Assembly (NCBI GenBank): GCA_965198225.1
Contig: CBDAOY010000009.1
Coordinates: 192,001-256,000, forward strand
DNA from: Terriglobia bacterium
Lineage (GTDB): Bacteria > Acidobacteriota > Terriglobia > 20CM-2-55-15
DNA length: 64,000 bases
Direction of reading: 5' to 3'
In this document: positions 9,377 through 17,017 of the stretch, piece after piece
Position numbering within the stretch: position 1 is the stretch's first letter
How the letters are laid out: each line of letters opens with the position of its first letter
Notes under the pieces: model-generated
Seen by the model: the letters and a program-made list of their open reading frames with translations, nothing else
What the model was told of the DNA's origin: nothing
The model's database searches: none
Made by a program: the position numbers and the translations under genes

Positions 9377-10309
9377 TCAATCGACCAGCGTCCGGCCGGT
9401 CAGTCTCAGGAACACGTCTTCCATCGTGGAGCGGCGCACGAGAGCACTCTGGAGCGGGATGTCTTGGGAATGGACGCGCCCGAGGGCGTGCTCTCCGTCG
9501 GTGGTGTAGACCAGCGTACGGTCCGGCAAGACTTCGATCCGCTCGGCCAGGCCGTCGAGCCGTCCGTCGAGACTGACGGGCGCGTCGTCGGGAAAGCGCA
9601 GCTCCAGTACTTCGTTCGTGGAATAGCGTTCGATCAGTTCTTGCGGCGATCCCTCCGCAACGATCCTGGCTTTGTCCATCACGACCAGCCGGTCGCAAAG
9701 CTGCTCGGCCTCGTCCATGTAGTGCGTGGTCACCAGCAGCGTGGCTCCACTGCGCTTGAGCTGATACAGTCGCTCCCAGATTACGTGCCGAGCCTGCGGG
9801 TCCAGCCCGGTGGTCGGCTCGTCGAGCAGGATCAGTTCCGGATCGTTGATCAGCGCCCGGGCGATCGTCAGCCGACGCTTCATCCCGCCCGACAGCGGCT
9901 CCACCTGCGAATCGGCGCGTTCGGAAAGCTGGACAAACTCGAGCAGATCGTCGGCCTTCGGGCGGGAGATGTGGCCGGGAATGTCGAAGTAGCGCGCGTA
10001 CATCACCAGGTTTTCACGCACCGTGATTTCGGTATCCAGGTTGTCCTGTTGCGGGACAACGCCCAGCCGTGCCTTGATCGGGCTGGCCTGGGTACGCGGA
10101 TCCATCCCCATGACACGCAGATCGCCCTCGGTCACCGGCGAAGCGCAACCGATCATACGCATCGTGGAGGTCTTGCCGGCTCCGTTGGGGCCCAGGAAGC
10201 CGAACGATTCGCCCGCATGAACGTCGAAGTCGATCGCGTCCACCGCCGTGAAACTGGAGAATCGTTTTGTCAGGCCGCGCGCACGGATGATGGGCTCGGA
10301 GATGGGCAT
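9377..10309 (-). CDS. ABC transporter ATP-binding protein (NodI/DrrA-like)
   Basis: GPNGAGKT Walker A, LSGGM signature, LLDEPTTGLD, TTHYMDEAE. Confidence 0.95.
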   Translation of the reverse strand: MPISEPIIRARGLTKRFSSFTAVDAIDFDVHAGESFGFLGPNGAGKTSTMRMIGCASPVTEGDLRVMGMDPRTQASPIKARLGVVPQQDNLDTEITVRENLVMYARYFDIPGHISRPKADDLLEFVQLSERADSQVEPLSGGMKRRLTIARALINDPELILLDEPTTGLDPQARHVIWERLYQLKRSGATLLVTTHYMDEAEQLCDRLVVMDKARIVAEGSPQELIERYSTNEVLELRFPDDAPVSLDGRLDGLAERIEVLPDRTLVYTTDGEHALGRVHSQDIPLQSALVRRSTMEDVFLRLTGRTLVD

Positions 10310-10405
10310 TCTGCGATTCTAAGAGGGCGTCAAAGGTAATGTCGAGCCGCGAAGAGAAGAGTCTCTACCGGTGTTGGCGTTCCCTGCGGATGTCCAGGGC
10401 AAACT

Positions 10406-10680
10406 CTAGTGGCCTGTAACAATGCTATCGGTACCATCGCCGATGGGTCTTGCGGGCGAGGTCGAGGAGGGAGACGGAAAGCGATGCTCTTTCATCGGTG
10501 ACGGCTTCCGACAAAGAGATCGCCCGCAACCCCCATCGGCCCGAAGGGTTCGGCCCAACGGCGCCGTCTTCGGTGTCGTAACGCCCTCGCAATGAAACAG
10601 CATTGGCTCGGGCGTCACTCCTAGAATCCGACGCCGTTCCGCCGAACGCTGGTACCGATAGCACTGTTACAGGTCACTAG
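10406..10680 (-). mobile_element. MITE copy 1 (275 bp, ~31-bp terminal inverted repeats)
   Basis: ctagtggcctgtaacaatgctatcggtacca ... tggtaccgatagcactgttacaggtcactag; near-identical reverse complement of 19966-20240. Confidence 0.9.
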
Positions 10681-10755
10681 TAGGTTGATTCCGAGTGGAC
10701 GAAGTGGGCAGTAGAAGGCTCGAACCCGCTTCACCGGTTTTGGTAAACCGTCCCG

Positions 10756-11781
10756 TTATGTCTGTCGTTCCTCAGAGACTTGAACAATCAACTTGCCCTT
10801 GTTCGAGCCGTCGAACAACCTGTTCAGGGAAGCGGGCGCGTTTTTGAGTCCGTCGATGACGTCCACTCGATATCGCAGCTTACCGGTCATGAGCCACTGG
10901 GCGAGATCCGCGATGGCCTCTTCTGAACGATCAAGATAGTCGAGGACAATGAATCCCTCGATGCGGGCCCGTTTGATGAGTACATTAGCGAAATTGAAGG
11001 GGCCGGGGACGGGCTCGGTGGCGTTGTATTGTGAAATAAGACCGCAAAGAACTATACGGGCTTTCAGATTGATTCGAGCCAGGACTGCGTCGAGAATGCT
11101 CCCACCGACGTTGTCGAAGTAGATGTCGATACCGTCAGGGCAATGTCGTTCCAGGCCCTCAGACACAGACTCGGTCCGGTAATTGATGGATGCGTCGAAA
11201 CCAAGCTCCTCCGTAGTCCAGCGGCACTTTGACTCGGTTCCTGCAATTCCAATGACGCGGCATCCCTTAATCTTGCCGATCTGCCCAACGAGTGAGCCAA
11301 CCGCACCCGCGCCGGCTGAGACCACCAGAGTTTCACCAGGCTGCGGCTTACCAATGTCCAGCAGGCCGAAATAGGCTGTCAATCCGATATGTCCGAAGAT
11401 CCCGAAATGGGCCGTCAGCGGAATGGAGGGGTTCCTGGGTAACCTGGTGAGCCCGGCGCCAGCCACGATAGCGTAGTCCTGCCATCCCAGGATTCCCTGG
11501 ACGAAATCGCCGGGCCGATACTCATCCATCCGCGACTCCACCACAATCCCGATGGTAATCCCTCTCATCACCTCGCCAATCTGGACCGGAGGAAGATAGG
11601 TGTCGATTTCGTTGGTCCATGCCCGGTTTGTCGGATCTAGTGACAGGTAGACGTTGCGGACCAGAACTTCTCCCTCTTGAACGTCAGGCACGGTGTCTTC
11701 ATGCCATTCGAAGTCTGACTCTTTGAGCAGCCCCACCGGGCGCGCCGCAAGACGCCATTGCCGGTTCGTTCTAACTGTCAT
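10756..11781 (-). CDS. NADP-dependent oxidoreductase (CurA/prostaglandin reductase-like, MDR family)
   Basis: NRQWRLAARPVG, YLSLDP, GLTAYFGL, SAGAGAVG, YFDNVGG, NKGKLIV. Confidence 0.93.
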   Translation of the reverse strand: MTVRTNRQWRLAARPVGLLKESDFEWHEDTVPDVQEGEVLVRNVYLSLDPTNRAWTNEIDTYLPPVQIGEVMRGITIGIVVESRMDEYRPGDFVQGILGWQDYAIVAGAGLTRLPRNPSIPLTAHFGIFGHIGLTAYFGLLDIGKPQPGETLVVSAGAGAVGSLVGQIGKIKGCRVIGIAGTESKCRWTTEELGFDASINYRTESVSEGLERHCPDGIDIYFDNVGGSILDAVLARINLKARIVLCGLISQYNATEPVPGPFNFANVLIKRARIEGFIVLDYLDRSEEAIADLAQWLMTGKLRYRVDVIDGLKNAPASLNRLFDGSNKGKLIVQVSEERQT

Positions 11782-11881
11782 TGAAAGCTCTCCCTCCTGG
11801 CGACTACAGCGATCACCGCCATCACTGCGGTGAGCGAGGGGATCAGTGTCGCCTTGACCTCAAGTCAGGCAAACCGACGCC

Positions 11882-12244
11882 CTAGCCTTTTGTCCGATAC
11901 TGTGGATGGGCCTTTATCCTCTCAACGAACCCGGCAGGATCATCAGGTGTAATATTCAGTCTTCGGAGTAAGCCAGACCTTCGATGAAGGGTGACGCCTT
12001 TTTTTCGAATGGTTGGCATATGGATCGTATTGGTCCAGTTTTCTCCTCCTACCGTCACACCAATCTCAGCGCCTTCAAAGTCACTGATTGGAATTTTGCG
12101 AAAGGCGAATGCACCGACTTTGATTCGTAGATATTGCTCATCGATTGCGTAGTTGATGTTCGAGATTAGATAGCCCAGAGCTATCGCTACGAGCAAGATC
12201 GTCGCGATACTGCCGATGACTCCTATCATTTTCAATGCTCTCAA
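11882..12244 (-). CDS. Hypothetical membrane-anchored protein (bPH-domain-like), lower GC
   Basis: N-terminal TM helix and ITPDDPAGFVE C-terminal motif; visibly AT-richer than flanks. Confidence 0.6.
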   Translation of the reverse strand: MRALKMIGVIGSIATILLVAIALGYLISNINYAIDEQYLRIKVGAFAFRKIPISDFEGAEIGVTVGGENWTNTIHMPTIRKKGVTLHRRSGLLRRLNITPDDPAGFVERIKAHPQYRTKG

Positions 12245-12312
12245 CTGGCGCCTAAAGGATGGTTATTCGGCTCCTCGGTGTCGGTCTGCAGGGGTAAGCA
12301 GGCAGCCGGTCT

Positions 12313-12807
12313 TTAACGGTTGCCCTCCCGATCCGCCACTTCGTCTTGATTCAACTCTTCCGACGATCGAAGGACTTCGATTGATCGTTCCCTATCCTGC
12401 GCGGCGACGACAAGTCGAATGCCGCCTGACCCGAGCATCAAATGGGGCGCAATGTTTCCCGTGAAAGCTAGATCGATGCAGGCTTTGATACCGCTGCCAG
12501 CAAGCACCGAAATGAGATCAGTCGCGTTCTCCGAGGTGTCGAGCGCCAACTCGTGCACGCCGTTCTCCCGCGCACGCTGTTCAACCAGATCTATCAGCAA
12601 GGAACCGATTCCGTAGCCCTGGCGAGCCGGTCGCACCGCAAACTGACCGAAACTGGCCACGTCCGCCCGGTCATAAAATGGGCATCCCTTCGTCGAAGCC
12701 ACATTTGAAAGCGTGATGACGCCGCCGACCAGCCCCTCCTCGAAAGCCACAATTGTTTCGCCTTTCGCTGCGCGCCTCCGGGTTATATCTACGTCCTGGT
12801 ACGGCAC
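12313..12807 (-). pseudogene. Chimeric ORF: GNAT acetyltransferase fragment fused to DUF2007-like fragment
   Basis: FGQFAVRPARQGYGIGSLL...LALDTSE (GNAT), then LAGSGIKA...PHL...GGIRLVVAAQDRERSIEVL (DUF2007-like). Confidence 0.6.
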
Positions 12808-12832
12808 CTGCCTCTCTTAGTTCTCGGGCGCT

Positions 12833-13306
12833 TCATCCGTCGTGCTCGGCGAGCACTGTGTCTTCCGGGACATCTGTGTCGCTCTCGAAGTCGATCCTGT
12901 AGCCGTCGGGGTCCGATAGCGACGTCATCCACATTCCATTTCCGACGACGGGTCTCGACGCCTGAACCCCCCTCGATGTGACCTGGCGATAGATCGCCAG
13001 GGCATCTTTGCAGATGAAGCAGATCGATACGCCCTCGCCGACGTTCCCTTCAGGTACCCAGGAATCGTGACCCTCTTTCGGGAACTCCTGCAGCATCATT
13101 GACGCGCCTCCGTGTTGAAGGCAGCACCAGCGAAGCTTGCCCTCCACTACCCATTTCTCAGTCATCTCGAAGCCAAGTCCATCGACGTAATAACGGACGG
13201 ACCGTTCCATGTGCGATACCCGAAGAAACGGCACCGCCTGTTTAACGTTGGCTGAGGTCTTTGTTTCAAGATCCATCGTTCGAAATCGTCGCCCACAGCT
13301 GGTCAT
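12833..13306 (-). CDS. VOC/glyoxalase family protein
   Basis: AVPFLRVSHMERSVRYYVDGLGF, DPDGYRIDF; true start is probably the internal MDLE. Confidence 0.88.
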   Translation of the reverse strand: MTSCGRRFRTMDLETKTSANVKQAVPFLRVSHMERSVRYYVDGLGFEMTEKWVVEGKLRWCCLQHGGASMMLQEFPKEGHDSWVPEGNVGEGVSICFICKDALAIYRQVTSRGVQASRPVVGNGMWMTSLSDPDGYRIDFESDTDVPEDTVLAEHDG

Positions 13307-13521
13307 TTCGAAAGGGGTACCAAACCGGTGTCAGATGAAGCGAACCGTCGACATCCCGAGTTACCAGCACGGTGTAATGTCTTCCCGCGAGGAGCGTTCT
13401 CGCCCAGTCACTCAGTTCCTTCATTCCGTTTATCTCCGAAGGGCCGTCAGCTTCAGGGTTTTGAAAGAGTGTACGTCGTCAGGAGCAGCCATTTGTGATG
13501 AGAAACTCCGGCCACGGACGA

Positions 13522-13947
13522 TCAGTTTGTTGGATTGAAGGAGATGCGATATGCCTCTGACCTTACGAAATTTGCTGCTTTGCGATTTCCGGCTTCGCCC
13601 CAATACCCTATCGCGACGTTGACTACGTAGGCGTTGGGCCATCCCGGCGCGGAAACCAGGAACGGTCCTTCCTCCATATGCCCTTCGCCTGAATATGGAA
13701 CGGCCACGGACGCCGACCAGACCAGGTCGGAATCAGCGTCGGGACGCACGCCAAATGTTACCTGGTACAGCGCACTTCTATCGTCGGAGTTTTCGAAACT
13801 GATCCACTGGGAGTCCGGAATAACGCTGTCGATCATCAAATTCAATTCCGAGAGGTTTTGATAAGGTACAGGCTCATCGAAAAACACTTGGCGAATCCGC
13901 CCGTTTTTGGCGCAACAATCCGCCTCCATCCCGCGTTTCCCAGTCAC
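13522..13947 (-). CDS. Hypothetical protein or fragment
   Basis: 141-aa ORF with protein-like composition; no family recognised. Confidence 0.35.
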   Translation of the reverse strand: MTGKRGMEADCCAKNGRIRQVFFDEPVPYQNLSELNLMIDSVIPDSQWISFENSDDRSALYQVTFGVRPDADSDLVWSASVAVPYSGEGHMEEGPFLVSAPGWPNAYVVNVAIGYWGEAGNRKAANFVRSEAYRISFNPTN

Positions 13948-14065
13948 AGCAACACCTCACGCCACCGAAAAGGCTGGCAGCCCCGAGTGATCTGCGTCGC
14001 CACGGGTCCGTCATCGTGCTTGCCCTTCGGTGTTGCCGGATCAGCGATCCACGACTTGGACTTTT

Positions 14066-14307
14066 CACACAGTCTGGGTCGCTTTGTGGAGCTGGAGCAA
14101 AATCGACTCGTAGTGACGACTTGGCTGACAGGGAAGGGGGGAACAGAAGGGGCGGAGACGATCATCCGTATTGAGCTTACCTCAGAGGATGGCGCCACTC
14201 TCCTGCATTTGACACATTCGGGATTTCCAGATGAGGCATCGCAGAAAGGCCACTTGGACAACTGGCCAGAGGCTTTGGAGTGTCTAGACGCTGCTTTATG
14301 TAAGTGA
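14066..14307 (+). pseudogene. SRPBCC/AHSA1 family protein, 5'-truncated
   Basis: GRFVELEQNRLVVTTW...ETIIRIEL...TLLHLTHSGF...NWPEALECL; no credible N-terminus. Confidence 0.7.
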
Positions 14308-14372
14308 GCACTTTTTCCGCTTAATGCGCGCTTACGTTATCCTGCTGGATCCTGCCGGATAGAGTCACCAGG

Positions 14373-14540
14373 TTAGACTAGGAAATCGAGGCTCCTGACG
14401 GCGTTGGGTCCCCGGTTCAGCGCATGGGTGTAGATCATCGTCGTCCGAACGTCGCGATGGCCGAGCGGTTCCTGGACCGTTCGTATGTCGTCGCAATCTT
14501 CCAGAAGGTGCGTCGCGAACGAGTGACGGAATGTGTGGCA
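14373..14540 (-). pseudogene. intI: Integron integrase C-terminal remnant
   Basis: Manual translation [52 protein letters not shown]: tyrosine recombinase box II plus the IntI-specific TTMIYTH..NRG..VRS tail. Confidence 0.85.
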
Positions 14541-14742
14541 GCCAATGCTGTTTCATTGCGAGGGCGTTACGACACCGAAGACGGCGCCGTTCCGTCGAAA
14601 CCCTTCGGGCCGATGGGGTTGCGGGCGATCTCTTTGTCGGAAGCCGTCACCGATGAAAGAGCATCGCTTTCCGCCTCCCTCCTCGACCTCGCCCGCAAGA
14701 CCCATCGGCGATGGTACCGATAGCACTGTTACAGGCCACTAG
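14541..14742 (+). mobile_element. MITE copy 2, left end missing
   Basis: Matches copy 3 from gccaatgctg through the right TIR gcactgttacaggccactag. Confidence 0.88.
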
Positions 14743-15108
14743 CTAGTCGAGTTGCTCGACGACGATCCTGGTTTCGTGGGGACCCAACCGAACGTTGATC
14801 TCCCAGCAGCCAGGGCTCGGATAAACGAGATACATCATCACGAACGCGTATCGGTCCATGATCTCCGGGGTGGCCCCGCCCGGCGTGACGGAATATTCTC
14901 TTGCGTCGGAGGCCACGACGCGCTCGATCGGTGAACTTGTCGGGGTGGCTTGAAACCGCATGGCCTCGGGTCGATCCAGGCGGCGTCCTTCAACCACAAG
15001 GTCCGCGGCGACATCTCGTCCAACCACCCATACAGATTTCACCAGCGAGTCCGGACCGGACCATTTACAGATCCCTGAGGCCCGACCACTCGCCGTCCGC
15101 CGAGACAT
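14743..15108 (-). CDS. Hypothetical protein (possibly 5'-truncated)
   Basis: Globular-looking C-terminus with YPSPGCWEINVR; stop codon abuts the MITE end. Confidence 0.45.
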   Translation of the reverse strand: MSRRTASGRASGICKWSGPDSLVKSVWVVGRDVAADLVVEGRRLDRPEAMRFQATPTSSPIERVVASDAREYSVTPGGATPEIMDRYAFVMMYLVYPSPGCWEINVRLGPHETRIVVEQLD

Positions 15109-15169
15109 TGATTGATCCACCTCCGTGCCTCTCGTATGATTTGCCGAGCCTTTGGAATCCAGGGGAATC

Positions 15170-16501
15170 ATGAGAGGTTTGACTGAGCTGATGACAGGCC
15201 GGCGAGTGGGCTTGCTGGCGGCACTCGCTGTCCTGGCTGGTGCAGCCGTGATCTCGGCTGGCGCGCAGAATTCGTATCCCGCGGCTGGGGAGTGGAGGCA
15301 GTGGGGCGGCCCGCAGCGAAATTTCATATCGGACGCGACAGGTCTTGCGGACTCGTGGGGGGAGGGTGGACCTCCCATGGTCTGGAGCCGTCCGCTCGGT
15401 CTGGGGCACTCGGCCATCCTCGTCGATGACGGCACGCTCTACACGATGTACCGGCCCGGCGAGGACACCCGGCAACGGGGAGCGTGGGAATCCAGGGAGT
15501 TCGTTATCGCGATGGACGCGGCTACGGGCGAGACCGCCTGGGAGTACGAGTACTCCTCCCGACCGCTGCACTTCCAGTTCGGAGCAGGACCCCATTCGAC
15601 ACCGCTCGTGGCCGGGAATCTGCTTTTTACGGCCGGCACCAACAAGCAAATCCACGCGTTCGAAAAGAAGACAGGACGTCTTGTCTGGTCACACGACCTG
15701 GTGGCTGACTACGATTCTCCGCCGACGCTGATTCGGCCGTCGGTCACGGCGGGTTTTGCCTCCAGCCCCCTTGCTTACAACGACACGATCATCATCCAGT
15801 CCGGTGGGCGCGGTCAGGCCGTCATGGCTTTCGGGCAGATAGACGGCACGCTCGTCTGGAAGAACGGGGATTTTCTGACCGCGCAGGCCGCGCCCCTCCT
15901 GATCGACGTCGACGGCCAGACCCAGTTGGTCATCCTCGGAGGGCAGTCGGTCAACGGTCTGGACCCGGAGTCGGGCAGAATCCTCTGGTCCCATCCTCAC
16001 AATACCCAGGGGGATATGAACAACAGCATGCCGGTGTGGGGATCCGATAACATCCTGTTCATCTCCTCTGGATACAATCAGGGCAGTCGTGGGTTGAAGC
16101 TGAGCCGTGAGGGTCGGAACACGCGTGTCGAGGAACTCTGGTTCACCGATCGTCTCCGGCTGATGTTTGCGAACGCGATCCGGCTCGGGGACTACGTCTA
16201 CGGCACTGACGGAAACTTCGGCCCTGCGTTCCTGACCGGGCTGGACGTCCGCACCGGCAAGATCCTGTGGCAACAGCGCGGCTTCGGCCGTTCCAGCCTG
16301 GTGTATGCGGACGGCAAGGCGATCATCATGGACGAGGACGGCGACCTCGTACTGGCGAGGCTGTCGCCGGATGGCGGGGAAGTGCTGGCCCGCACCCAGC
16401 TCTTTGACACCACTTCATGGACCGTTCCGACGCTGGTCGGTACGACGCTCTACGCCCGCGATCGAGAGAAGGTCGTCGCGCTCGATGTCGGCGCTCCGTA
16501 G
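15170..16501 (+). CDS. Secreted PQQ-binding-like beta-propeller protein (BamB-like)
   Basis: Signal peptide, WRQWGGPQRN, GPHSTP, repeated A.D..TG...W propeller motifs. Confidence 0.88.
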   Translation: MRGLTELMTGRRVGLLAALAVLAGAAVISAGAQNSYPAAGEWRQWGGPQRNFISDATGLADSWGEGGPPMVWSRPLGLGHSAILVDDGTLYTMYRPGEDTRQRGAWESREFVIAMDAATGETAWEYEYSSRPLHFQFGAGPHSTPLVAGNLLFTAGTNKQIHAFEKKTGRLVWSHDLVADYDSPPTLIRPSVTAGFASSPLAYNDTIIIQSGGRGQAVMAFGQIDGTLVWKNGDFLTAQAAPLLIDVDGQTQLVILGGQSVNGLDPESGRILWSHPHNTQGDMNNSMPVWGSDNILFISSGYNQGSRGLKLSREGRNTRVEELWFTDRLRLMFANAIRLGDYVYGTDGNFGPAFLTGLDVRTGKILWQQRGFGRSSLVYADGKAIIMDEDGDLVLARLSPDGGEVLARTQLFDTTSWTVPTLVGTTLYARDREKVVALDVGAP

Positions 16502-16525
16502 CGGTACGGGTCAACTCAGTATCGG

Positions 16526-16603
16526 GTGTAGGTGCGCTCTATGAGCGCACATTGTTTCGGCTCGACGAATGTGCGGTCACAGAGTCACAGACCGCACCTA
16601 CAC
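16526..16603. repeat. GTAG-type REP doublet (REPIN) 1
   Basis: gtgtag-gtgcgctc-tat-gagcgcac ... gtgcggtc..gaccgcac-ctacac. Confidence 0.85.
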
Positions 16604-16643
16604 CTCCTCAGGAGATATGCCCCTACCGAAAGGAAGATCCATC

Positions 16644-16956
16644 ATGAGTGAGCGGTCGCTTGCGAGCTTTCGACTAGCCGGCTTGACGTTCGCACTTGCA
16701 TTGGCTGCCGGCCAAGTCGCGGCCGCTCCGGGGCCGCTCGCTCTACGTCCTGAGGCTCACGCCCGACGGCCGAGGTGTGAGCTCGGTCGAGCGACTCTTC
16801 GAGGACCGGTACGGTCGACTGCGGGACGTGCTTGTCGGGCCCGATGGCGCCGTTTACATCGCCACGAGCAACCTCGATGGCCGGGCCGGGGGAGTGGGTC
16901 CGTTCGAAGGCGACGACAAGGTGCTCCGCATCACGCCGGTGACGAGGAGGGACTGA
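16644..16956 (+). pseudogene. PQQ glucose/sorbosone dehydrogenase remnant (signal peptide joined out of frame to last blade)
   Basis: MSERSLASFRLAGLTFALALAAGQVAA, then in another frame LRGRSL...YGRLRDVLVGPDGAVYIATSNLDGR...DDKVLRI. Confidence 0.8.
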
Positions 16957-17017
16957 CAGAAAACCGGCGGCTCCACGACCGCCGGTTCTGAGGGCATAGT
17001 TGGCAACGGCTAGTGAC

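Noticed and set aside
7772-10309. NodIJ as evidence of nodulation
   Set aside because: A generic ABC-2 exporter family; no nodABC genes are present.
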